Assembly (NCBI RefSeq): GCF_006345805.1
Contig: NC_042997.1
Coordinates: 167,834,001 to 167,898,000, forward strand
Direction: 5' to 3'
DNA from: Octopus sinensis
Lineage: Eukaryota
DNA length: 64,000 nucleotides
Shown here piece after piece: positions 1 through 13,300 of the stretch (positions within the stretch are counted from its first letter, which is position 1; each line of letters starts with the position of its first letter). The notes under the pieces are model-generated. The model was not told where the DNA came from. It was given only the letters and a program-made list of their open reading frames with translations, and searched no databases. The position numbers and the translations under genes are program-made.

Positions 1-404
1 GTGTGTGTGTGTGTGTGTGATCCTTAATATGATATTTTGTTTATCCTTGGTGTTAATTCACTAATATTTAGTTGATCGCCTTCAGTGCCTATACGTATTT
101 AGAAGTGTTGCCAATGGTGTTTAGCTCCAGATTATCCCTAATCCAGCTTGCCAATAGTCAGATATTCTAAACCATTACCTCACAGTATTTTCAAACATAA
201 TTCAGCTTTGATAACATTATCCAAAATTCCATCACTTTATTCTGAGTGCGATTTGTCTATTATTTCTAACAGGTCAAGCAATCGACTAAAGGCTCCCTCA
301 GTGGCTGATTACCAACATTAAGCTATTGGTTTTGTTTGTTATCTCTATGTTACAACCACTAATCACAGATAATTTGTATGTTACATCTTATTTCCCCATT
401 GCAG

Positions 405-600
405 TGAAAATCAACTTCAAAAACAACATGATTTAGCAGTAGAAAAGCTGAATGGTTGGCGTAAACGGATTCTAGACAGTGTGAGTGGCTTATCTAAAAA
501 GCTGAAAGAATTTGCAACTAAAGACAGAATGTCAGAAGCTCAACAGATTTTAGCAGAGATTCGTATCATTGAAAATCAATTGGAAGTTTTGAAAAAAGAG
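405..600 (+). CDS. Dynein HC exon 1 in window (tail)
   Basis: cag|...|gtagga; ENQLQKQH...KDRMSEAQQ...LKKE. Confidence 0.85.
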
Positions 601-3600
601 GTAGGAAGTTTTGAAATTCATGCATTTCATTTACAAATATCATCGTTTAACGTCCGTTTTCCATGCTAGCATCGGTTGGACGGTTCGACCGGGGTCTGGG
701 GAGCCAAGAGGCTGCACCAGGCTCCAGTCTGATCTGGCAGTGTTTCTACAGCTGGATGCCCTTCCTAACGCCAACCACTCCGTGAGTGTAGTGGGTGCTT
801 TTTATGTGCCAGCGGCACAGGTGCCAGGGGAGGCTGGCGACGGCCACGATCGGTTGGTGCTTTTTACGTGCCACCGGCACAGAAGCTAGTCAAGGGGCGC
901 TGGCATCGGCCACGTTTGGATGGTGCTTTTTACGTGCCACCGGCACTTTGGTACTAGGTCAGCAATTTTGCGAGGACAATTTGTCAATTGCATTGATTCC
1001 AGTGCTTCACTGGTGCTTATTTAGTCAATCCTGAAAGGATGAAAGGCAAAGTCGACCTTGGTATTATTTGAACTCCAAATATAAAGAGCTAGAGGAAATA
1101 CTACTGCTATGTATTTTGTCCCATGTGGTAATGATCTGACAGTTCACTACCCTATTCACAAATAATATCAAGTGTTGTATCATAAGACTGACTGACAGAA
1201 GGAGATAAGTTTCTGTGAATTGAATCCATGAACTGGTTTCAAATTGGGGTCCTTTACATTTTCAGTTTACAAACATCACAGAAGCCTAAGATGTCATGTC
1301 TGCATTTCTTTTCTTCACCTGCTCAGTTTCTAATGTTTTTTTAGAGTGGCGACTACTGCACTCTCTCATCATCATAAACAGGTTGTGAGAGAAAGAGATG
1401 AAAGAAAGAATAACATAAGCAAACTTCAAAATAATGTAATGAACAGATATTCCCTTATGTAGATGTATGCATGTAGGTAAACCACTTGGCTAAGATAACC
1501 ACTAAATATTATGAATCCATTTAGTGTATTCAATTTGGCTAAAGCCATCTCATTCTCCTCTCCATGGATTTGAACTCAGTACTGAAAGCTAAGAAACTTC
1601 TTAATTTTACAGTGCTACCAATGTTTACTGTACTAAAATATACTACCTTCAAGTACAGACAAACTGATGAGCTGGATCTTTGTAAAGTGAAGTATCTTCA
1701 TCCTGAACTCAGTGAACTCCAGTTATAGGATTTGAACCATTTCCTCTCCACCTTGTAGTCCGTCAAACTATGCCTCAACCAGTTATGTATTGGTCAACTG
1801 TTCATGCTATGAACAGTTGGTCAATACTTTAGCCGTCTTGTAATTTCATTTTATATAAATATTGAGGTTTAGTCGATATTGTTGGTACTTTTCACTCATG
1901 CTACTTTCATAATCATAACTATTAGAACTGGTAATTTAAAAAAAAATAAGGAAAAGGAAGGTTCACTTATATCTTTTTCTTTTTTTACTTTCTGCATTGC
2001 AATCATCATCATCATTTAATATACTGACATGGGCTGAGTAGTTCGATAGGAGCCAGAAGGCTGTACCAAACACTAGTGCTTTTTATGTGGTGCTGGCATG
2101 GATGTTTCTTATATAGTGCTGGCACAGGTGCTTTTACGTGGCACCAGCACAGGTGCTTTTTATGTGACACCAGCATGGGCGCTTTTACGTGGCACCAGCA
2201 CAGGTGCTTTTTATATGACACCAGCATGGATGCTTCTTACATTGTGCTGGCATCAGTGCTTTTACGTGATGTTGGCATAGGTGCTTAGGCCTAATCTATA
2301 ACTTGATTTAGCACCACCAACTAGTCATTCAATAGCTTTAGCAGAGATCGCTCTGTTACAAGTAATTCAATTAGATGTCTGGTTTGAAAATAACCCCATT
2401 AGTCTCAAAAACTTTGAGGGTTTCTCTTCCTCCTCAAAATAAACTAACTAAAAAAAAAAAGAAACAATGATGGATAAGGGATTAGCATTTCAGCATTTTG
2501 GTTGAAAAATCATGAAGTTATATTCCATATCTAGGACAGTTTTCAGTAGATAAATCATAGAAGATAACTTCATAAGTTCCTCCAAAGCAGAGTTGATAAA
2601 AAACAAAAACAAAAGGAATCTGTGTAATGATGAAATGAAAATTAACCAGAAATTGACCAATCAGTGCCGACATTGTATCTTCCTTTAGAAGCTGTTGAAT
2701 GAATGATTTGATTTGATTTCTTTTTATAAGTGCATTTACACACCTTTTTATTGTACCTAAAAACAAGGTTAAAAGCACACGTGTATGTGTGAATGAATCT
2801 ACCTGATAGTATATCATAACAATTATTGTTTGTATATGAATGACTCGTTTACAAAATATCCTTCCTCCTACTAACATGGAAGAAAGACTTCTTATGACAG
2901 TATGAAATTCTAACATTAACGCAAACTTCTTAGTCATAATTATCATAAGTGAAACCGGCTGTCTACATAAATACACCCACACACACACACAAAGCATATA
3001 GTCCAACATAAAAGTTTTGTGTATTGTTCTTTTTAAATTTTTCACTATATATATGTTTATTGTATCAACTTCATACAATTAGAAACAGAATATTAATGAA
3101 GAAGAGATGATGCTGGGATTGGAAGAAATCAGTGAGTTTGAACAGGTGCAATTTCTAGCAACAGCAGTTGAACCTTATGAAAGGCTTTGGTCAAATGCTG
3201 TCAAACTACAAACACAATATGAATGTTGGATGAATGGGCCGTTGTTGAACGTCAATTCTGAAGAAGTGGATCAAGAGGTAATATTTTGTTTTCTATTATG
3301 GTTGACATCATGATGTCTTAATAAATTCACTATGAAGTGAGTTGATGACTTGGTTTCAGTTCTTAGTTGGAACACCTTTCAGTTTCCATTCATAAACTCC
3401 TAGTAAAAGATTTAAGCATCACAACTTTATTTCTCCTACCCAGATAAACCTCAGGTATTATTTTCCATTTTACTATAAGTCTACACAGATGCAAGAATGC
3501 ATGCAACCCTCCACGTACCACACACACCCATACAGCAACAATAGCCAAACCAATTTTAATGCCTCCCTATATTGTCACTGCTAAGAATAGTACTCATATA

Positions 3601-4756
3601 TCCATCAAGTGACACCGTTGGATTTAAAGACAGTAAGGAATGATGCCTTCAATTGCAGGCATGGCTATGTTGTTATGAAGCTCATTTTGCAACAATGTAG
3701 TTTCAAGTTCAGTCCCACTGCACAGTACCTTAAGCAAGTGTCTTCTATGATAACCCAAGGCCAATCAATACCTTGTGAGAGGATTTGGAAAACAGAAAGT
3801 GAAAGAAGCTCATAATGTGTGTGTGTTTCTTCTGCTACTACGACTTGATGACCAGTGTTAGTTTAAGTAACTCAGTGGTGTGGCAAAAGAGATTGACAGA
3901 ATGAGTGCCAGACTTAAAAATAAGTACTGAAGAGAGACAATTTTTTTTATGAAACCTTTCAAGGTAGTGTCCCAGCATGGCTACAGTCCAATGACTAAAA
4001 TAAGCAAAAGATAAAAGATACACAACCTGAAAAAAATTTAGTATGGTCATAGCTGTTCTATCTTGGCATGCAGTTCTGGTGAACCAGTATTGACCTTATA
4101 CTGAACATCAAAAAAAAAACAAGCAGCATTCTTTTCCCTACTCTGAGAGTAAAAACATAGCATGTGAAGGTTCTGTATGAAAGTCTAAAAAATGCCTGTG
4201 AGCTTGTCAGCACACCAGCTTGAATGTTACCTTCCCAAATTAGTCCTTACATTCACCAATCTTATTGAGATCTTATTCAAAAGACTAACCTTCATTTTCA
4301 AAACCAAAAAAGTACTTTCACATCTAACAGTTGCTAAATCTTTACAAAGGTTAAGTGAAATCCACAATGGAATACTGCTCCTATATATGGGATAGTGATA
4401 CTGCCTCTTCTGCTGCTATGAACATTTCTTGATCATTGATTGGCATGGAGTTGTTTCTGCTTTTCAGGGGTGGCTAGTCTGGTAACACCTCCATCCAGAC
4501 CAACCCAGTTCATTGATATTTTTCTGTCTTGTTACTCCAGTTGAGTCCATTTATCACTTCTTCCAGTCCTTCCCCTTCAGATGTTGTTCCTTTGACACTT
4601 ATCCACCACCACCATATTTTTCCTGCCGTCATCAACTTGCAGTTTTTCAAGATAAATATTAAGTACATCAATCTCACTGTTCTTGGTGGGAATACAAAAG
4701 CTCTTCTTCCAAACTTTCCCACAAAAAATGAAATAGACACTGTGTGTGTGTGTGTA

Positions 4757-4788
<32 letters not shown>

Positions 4789-7319
4789 AGATATCTCCAA
4801 GAATAGGAAACTTCCAGCTTTGTTAAAAATTGGCCAGTTACTTTCAAATCTAATGGCCTATACAATGACAATGGTATCCCTAATTTACCATCAAGAACAT
4901 TTACCCTTATTTAACATCCACCAATATTTCTTCATCATGTTCACTTTTCCATGTTTGGATGGGTTAGACAGACTTTGCAGAGACAGATCTTCTATGGCCA
5001 GATGCTTTTCCTGTTGCCAACCTCCACCTATTTTTCCAAGCAAGGTAATATTTCCCTATGGCCAGACGTGTTTTTACAGAATATTGGAAATTAATGACAT
5101 TGCTTGTATGACAGTGACACACATTTACAGCTATCACATGATATCAAGATAAAGAGACACAAATGTACACATACTGACTCTTACACACACACACATATAC
5201 ATACATATATATATAGAGAGAGATAGATGCCCACACACAAACACAGTGAATGTCTTTCAGTTTCCATCAACCAAATAAACTTACTAGGCTTTGGCCTTGG
5301 GCTATAGTAGAAAATGCCTTCCCAAAGTGCTACGCTAGGACTGAACTTGAAATCATATGGTTGGTAAGTAAATTTCTTAACCACAAAGACATGCCTACAC
5401 CAATAAGACACACCTATGTCTATTGCCACACCTGCACCTATACCCATGCCTGGTATTAAGTCCCCTGGAGATTTTCAACGGAATTTTTGACAGTTGGTCA
5501 AAGGGTCAACAGTTCAAATTTCGTCAATATTGCCAAACTGTCTCAATAGAAACTTACACATCAGTTGTCTTTTGCACCTGTTGACCTCTCTAAATATGCT
5601 TTATCTTTCTCATATCTCACTTTACTATCTTAAAATGTAGAAGGCTATATAAAATAATATAGACTGGAAAAAAACTTAATTATCAGGGCTGGGAAATCTT
5701 TGATCATAGTCTGCTCATTTAGAGTCAACCTGAGAATAAGTAACTTTTATACTCTTAACCCATTTTATCATAATGTCTACAACTGTAGTACTTGTATCTT
5801 ATTTACCACAAAAATGGTTATTGTCAACCAACAAGCTTAAATTGTGTTATATAAACATAATTATAGAGCTATTCAATTCAGTTTTGGCAGGAAGTTAGAT
5901 TACTGTGATAATTTAAGTATTCTTTTGCTTGGTTACAAAACTATTTTATAAACATGTATATTTTCTTATAAGTGGAGGCGCAATGGCCTAGTGGTTAGGG
6001 CAGCGGACTCGCGGTCGCAGGATCGTGGTTTCGATTTCCAGACCGGGCGTTGTGTGTGTTTATTGAGCGAAAAACACCTAAAAAAAAGCTCCATGAGGCT
6101 CCGGCAGGGGGTGGTGATCCCTGCTGTACTCTTTCACCACTCTTTCTCCCACTCTTTCTTCTGTTGGCCTGCTCGCTTAGCCAGCGGGGTGGCGTCATTC
6201 GAAGGCTAAAACAATGCGAATGCATTGTGACCAGCGATGTGTAACAACATCTGATGGTCTGGTCGGTCACGTGGTCATTTTCTTATATGATGGAGTAAAA
6301 GCACTAGATTTGTTTAAGGTTACAACACATTCTTCGACCTGCATCATCCCAATGTCTACAAGTGAGGGCTCTTTGAAAAAGCAGGGACACTTTAATCCAA
6401 TGAAGTTGGAATTTCACTAATATCTAAGTTTGATGAAAATAGACTTGATTTCATAATTTCATAGGTTTTGACAGATTCAGTTACCTTGGGATAATAAAGG
6501 TTTAAAGGTACCGCTAGTGCTTGCTCAACTTACTAAAAATAATGAATAAATCTTTCTAAAATCACACCCTGCTATCTTAGAAAAGAACAATTTGGATTGC
6601 AGTTCTGGACATGTAATCCTACAAATACTATAATTGTGATAAAGCAGGATGGTCATAGCTGGTACATCTTTGATCTACTTGATCAACACTGACCTGAAAC
6701 TATACAACAATAATTTACTATACTCATCTTGACCTTTACTAGTGTTACCTCAACTATGCCGCATATACTAAGCTCAGTACAGAACATTATTTTATTGTTT
6801 TAATTATATTAACACATTAACTGCCACATGTACTACTGGCAGTTCATTGCAAACTTCACAGCTGCCAATATGCACCATCAGTGGTACATTTTGGTAATTT
6901 GAAAAAATATTTTATTCTGTATCTTTGATGTGGTTTCAAGGATACTTAAATGATATGGGTGCAAAATATCAAAGTTTAATTATGAAATATTCTAAAAATG
7001 CAAAAATAATAATAATTACATTTCCTTGTAATTATACAATATGCAGTGTGACTGAAAATACATGGCATCATCAGTAAGTTCCAGTAATAGACTGTGGCAG
7101 TTAGCATATTCTTTTACTCTTTTACTTGTTTCAGTCATTTTACTGTGGCCATGCTGGAGCACCGCCTTTAGTCGAACAAATCGACCCCAGGACTTATTTT
7201 TTGTAAGCCTAGTACTTATTCTATCGGTCTCTTTTGCCAAACCACTAAGTTACAGGGACGTAAGCACATCGGTTGTCAAGCGATGTTGGGGGCACAAACA
7301 AAGATACACAAACATATAC

Positions 7320-7352
<33 letters not shown>

Positions 7353-10300
7353 CATATATACGACAGGCTTCTTTCACTTTCTGTCTACCAAATCCACGCA
7401 CAAGGCTTTGGTCAGCCTGAGGCTATAGTAGAAGGCACTTGCCCAAGGTGCCACGCAGTGGGACTGAACCTAGAACCATGTGGTTCGTAAGCAATCTACT
7501 TACCACACAGCCACTCCTACGTCTATGTTAACTAGATTTCATTTTAAAACGTAAATTTCTAATATATCTCTTTCAGATTCAGACTTTATGGAGGATTGCT
7601 TACAAATTAACCCAAGTTTTTAATCACCCAGACAAGAAAGGACCATTTAAAGCTGCCAGAGCCATGAAAAACAGATTGGAGAAATTTAAAATAAATATAC
7701 CGCTTGTGAAAGCACTCTGTAACCCTGGTATAAAAACTAGGCACTGGAAGATGATGAGTGAAAAGGTAACTCTTTATAAATATTATTCTGTTCCTCTAAG
7801 TTCTGAATCGAAATCTCTCTGTAGTCAATTTTGTCTTTCAGTCCTCAGGGTTAATAAAATAAATTACCCTTAAAGTAGTAAGGATGATTTAGTTTACTAC
7901 ACTCTTTCTCAAAACACACTGCGGTTGATTGGAACTAACCAGAGAAATAGACAACAAATATAACAAACAATGAATAATAATTCATCTTTTTCTTTAGGTT
8001 GGCTTTGATATCACACCACAGGAAGATACACCTTTATCTGAGATCTTGAAACTGGACCTTGAAAGGTACTTAGATGAACTGTCAGCCATAAGCTCTCAAG
8101 CTAATAAAGAATTTGCTTTAGAAAAGGTAAGTGCTGGGTTTAGTTTCAGATAAGCATGTAATAAATAGTATTAATTGACATGTCTGAATTTGTAGTGTTT
8201 TAGTGGTAGTCTGAATTTGTGTATGATAATTTAAAGAAGATGGTTAATTAAAAAGAAACATTGCATTTGCCAGTAGCTTATAGAAAGGTTCCTGTGCTTG
8301 TCCCATTTTGTTTAGCATTCAAACTGGTCATATCCGGCCTAAATATTCTACCATTTTTATGTTAAAATTGGCCAGATCTGGCTCCTCACACCTATCCTAC
8401 AATGTCATTCTAAAAATAAGCAATCACACCATGAAAATATCTTAGCTATAGGATAATGCATGATTGATACAAAATAGTGTGAATAAATAAGCATTACATT
8501 TGAAAGAGTAATCTGAATGCTACAAGATTAAAACAAAACAAAGAAATTGAAGCCTCTATGCTCCCTAGGGGCTGACCATTTTAGTACCAGAGAAAATATG
8601 CAAGGGTGAAAGAACCTATGGAGACCTATGTGGGCTGAGAAAAATAATGAATACTTAATTTTTCAAAATTCATATGTATACAAATTACTTTTAATTACCA
8701 TTTTTATTGTTGGAATTTTACTTTTTTCATGAGTTTTTAAATTTTCTGCAGTAGACTATTTCTTTTTGTATGTAACAGCTGGTATCCCACACCTATTCTA
8801 TGTAGATGTTCAACCTGCTTAAAACATTAGTCAAATTGCTTTCAAATTACATACATTACATTCTACTGTCTTAAAAGGTCTAGACAACTCAGGATTATGG
8901 GAGAAGATATTTGCTAAGGTACAACCTAGCCATACCTGCACCCATATGTTATTTCTACACTCATATGATATGGATGCAGCCATACTGCTATACTGCTGAA
9001 TCATATATCCAGGATTGTTAAGTCTGAGAGCAATGGAATGTTATTTGACCATGTACTCATTAACAGAGATGTTTTACAGAGCTACAAAGATCTCTGGGCT
9101 AAAGTAAAAGAGGAACCCGTTTGCCAAAAAGTAGCAAAATGTGAGTGGGTATGAATGGAAAATATAAGGACATTTGGGATACTAGAGGGATGTTTGGCAA
9201 GGAAGACTTGGATTGGATTCCAGAGGAGAAATGGAAGACAGGATGCCAGAAGATTATGTGGCTGAAATCAGCAGAAAAGGACTTGAAGATGACAGGTATA
9301 ACAGAGAACCAAATATAAAGAAAAGCATGATGAAAAATATATTGGAAGAACCTATGGAGAGTTTATGTTCTGCGAGGAATACAAAGACGCCCTGATCATC
9401 ATCATCATCGTTTAACGTCCGTTTTCCATGCTAGCATAGGTTGGATGGTTCGACTGGGGTCTGGGAAGCCAGGAGACTGCACCAGGCTCCAATCTGATCT
9501 GGCAGTGTTTCTACAGCTGGCTGCCCTTCCTAATGCCAACCACTCCGTGAGTGTAGTGGGTGCTTTTTACATGCCACCAGCACAGGTGCCAGGGGAGGCT
9601 GGCAATGGCCACAATCAGTTGGTGCTTTTTATGTGCCATCGGCACGGAAGCCAGTCAAGGTGGCGCTGGCATCAGCCACATTCAGATGGTGCTTTTACAT
9701 GCCACCAACACAGGTATCACAACTACAATTTCCATTTGATTTTTGATGTTGATGTATTTGACTCAATAGGTCTCCTCAAGCACAGCAGGTCGCCCTACAA
9801 TCCAAAGTAAGCACAGCAGGCTGTTCTGATGATAACATGTTTTTATGTAATAGATAAGTTGTTTCTCAAAATTCTGTTTTGTTAATCCATAATGTAGTCA
9901 TCATGTCTCCACTAATTCTGATGATATCTTTATTAAGTGTACCAATGATTAAATTATCTTAAACTTAACACTCTTAAACAAGTTTTTGTATATGGGATTT
10001 TCAGGCATTATCTAAAATGAAGGATGATTGGGAAAACATGGCATTCAACTTCAGTCCTTACAAGGACACAGAACTATTTATACTATCAGCTTTTGATGAC
10101 ATCCAGGCTCTTCTTGATGATCATATTGTTAAAACTACAACAATGAAAGGTTCAGCATTTGTTGGACCTTTTGAAAAGGAGATTAAGGAATGGGGTTATA
10201 ATCTTGTGAGTAGCTCACCCTCTCTTTATCTTACTTTCATCAATGTTTCTCTTCTTTATGTATATATCTATTCGTTATATTATTTCCTTCTTGTTTGTGT

Positions 10301-13300
10301 TTCTCTTTTTCATACAATACCACTACAACAGTCTATGGGTCAGGACATTATTTCTGTTTTCAGGGGATATCATCAAGGAAACTAATGATAAAGATTTATG
10401 GAAAAATTGTTATGCAAACAATAAAACGTATTAAAGATGCACTGGGAAGAGTTAAGCATACTTATTTCATTAGAGTTTGAGAAAAAAATTATGTCTAAGT
10501 GTGTTTAAGGAAAGCTGTTGGATAGAAGATGAAACAGTATCAATCTATGATAGCCTTCTACAAATGAGACAGTAAGAGGAATATGAATAAGTTGGTGCAG
10601 GTGATATTCAAGATTTATTGCATGCTGATAAGACCTTTATCTACAATGATCTTAAGGGGTTGACAGAACTGCAAATGTCCCCTTCAGATAGGAAGAGGAT
10701 GCTCCTTTACATTAGTTTTAATAGCAGAATTCTTAAAGCCCTGCTTTAAGCCTTTTGATTAGACCACTATATTTTTAAAGAAAGCATGATCATCATACAT
10801 TCTCTTTCCATGACTACACCTGGGTAAAAAATTAACATATTTCTACAATACAAAATGTATAGAATCTAAAGCATCTTGATTTGTTTCAGAATCGTATGAA
10901 AGATATCCTGGAATCTTGGCTGAAGGTTCAGTCTGCCTGGTTGTACTTGGAACCAATATTTGGATCGGCAGATATCAGAGAGCAAATTCCTGTACAGGGT
11001 AAAATGTTTGAAGAAGTTGACCAAAACTGGTAAATTATTTAGATATGTCTACTTCAAATTATGTTTCTTTTTTTATTTTGTTACATTTTTATTTATTTGA
11101 ATATTTATAAAAGAAGTAACAAAGAGAATTGGAGACCCCTTAGCAATTATAAACAAGCAGTTCATGAAATAAAGATAGATTTAAAGATTTCAATAAACCT
11201 CATGTATAGAAGGATATAAGCATATATATATTCTTATTTAATTGAGGTCTGATGATTGAGATGATATTAATAACTTGATTTTGCATGAGCAGAGGGAAAA
11301 CTCCTCTCTTTTATTCCTTTATTATGCTGCTATGTTCTTGAGAAAGGCATGAATATCACACAGTCCTATCCTGTTCAGTTATATATGCATGTAGCCTTAT
11401 GCTTGTGTTAAGAGATTGACAACTTGTATTCTGTCTATGACACTGTTGTCTGTAGGACATAACTCTTAAAATGGTCAAATATACCAAGCTATAAACAAGC
11501 ACCAAATTGAAAGAAAAGCTTCCTTCCTTAAGCAGCAGAAGCAACCATTCAAGAATTTGGACCTGGAGATCTCCATTTCCAGCAACTTTGAGGTCCACCT
11601 CCCAGTGGTGTCAGGCGTCAACGAAGAGCCCTCGACTACAACAAGACGACCAAAGTTTTTTTGTTTTTTTTCCAATGTCTGGGGTCTCCCACCCCTAAGC
11701 CCTAGATCATCACCTAATCACCCTTACCCGTCTTGTTGCTTAACAACAACAACAACAGCAGTAGCAGAAATATTGTTGATTTGGCAGACCTAAGTTCAAT
11801 TTTATGTTGGTATCCCATCCAGCAGAGAAATCATTGTAGAAGAGAATGGAACTTAGAAAAATTTATCTAATTATTCCTTAAAGATAGAATAGAAGCAGGA
11901 GAATTAATTGCTACTGAATGTAAAGTTAAACACCCTGCTTCATAGATTGTTTAGGCTTTCATCTTAAATCAGAATAGTCTAATTTGTAGATTTGACATAG
12001 CTATTAAGAAAGATTTTGATTTGTTTTCCTTTTATTCTTACATTGTCTTCTTATGTTGATCATTTTCATGATGATATTGCATTTTAGCTTATGCCTGATT
12101 ATCTAAAATAATATTTTTACGGAGATGTACTTGCATAGCAAGTGACCTGATCTGAGATCATGTGCAGGAACGAAAACAATTGCAGCATGGCAGGTGTTTA
12201 TAAGCCATTTAAGAAACACACAAAAACTGTTAGATTCATTTCAACATTTAAATTTAATTTGCCAAACTATATTTTTGTCACTTTGAGACCGCAACCTGTT
12301 CACTGACAAAATATTTTTGCTGTAGCCATATTACGTAAAGAATATTCATGGAAGTTATCAATATATAGTATCTGATCTATCTACAATCCACCAACACAGT
12401 ATTCTGATTTTTCATTTATCTATGCTTTGACACATGTCAATTAAAGGTAAATAAGTCACTTGAGATAGTAACCCTGATTTGAATACTAGCTGAAACTGTT
12501 TCAACTCACAAGGTTTATTGCTCTTGGAAAATTCATTAAAACTGCAACTCTTTATTTCTTATCTCACATGAAAATATGAAGCCTTAAAAGCCAATGAGTG
12601 AACCTTTACAAAGCCATCGGACCTGCTACAAATACTGCCAAATCCCCTTTGAATAACCCCTACCATCTTTTTAAAAAAAGTGACACATTGAACAATGTAG
12701 TCCTACATACACTATGTATGAAATATAAGAAACAGTCACACCATTGTGTATGGGTTTACTTGATCAAGACTGACAGGAGTTAAGCAATGATACTTTCATC
12801 CACTGCTTCATACTTATAAATAACAATAATGAGCTTATTATAATAACGATGAAATTCTAAAGAAGTTAATGAGGCAACATCTCCAGCGAATTCCTTTTAA
12901 CCCTTTCATTACCACATTTCTGTTGAAATGTACTACCTTTGCCACAATTAATTTTGAAAATATCAAAGAATTCAGTAAGATCACTTTGCCAATATTAAGC
13001 TGGTGGGTAGAGCATACATAAACATAACATTTTGATGGAATGTTTTAATTTAAATCACTTCAAAACAAGAAGTTTGTATCACAGAGCTACAGGTAGTCTT
13101 AGGCAGGTTGGTATCAAGAGTTAATACACTGTGACAAAGTCATTTAAGACTAGTTTTGAAAATAAGTCCTTTTAAATGTTTTATCTATTCATTGAATATT
13201 ATTCTTCTTAAAACTCAATTTTTGTTTTAAATAATTGATTGTCTGTGTTCCATCTAGACATAATTAACATTTTTTTCTTTAGGAAACAGATCATGTCAAC

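Noticed and set aside
794-946. Repeat-spacer pattern resembling a CRISPR array (also 2075-2286 and 52350-52690)
   Set aside because: Eukaryotic intron, no cas genes, spacers resemble each other and recur in dispersed copies of a LINE 3'UTR.
2518-3078. 186-aa minus-strand ORF as a nested gene
   Set aside because: AT-rich intronic sequence with a microsatellite and no recognisable motif.
5975-6050. tRNA-like sequences (also 15818, 22585, 39279, 53440)
   Set aside because: They are SINE heads continuing into repeat bodies with TSDs; no proper cloverleaf.
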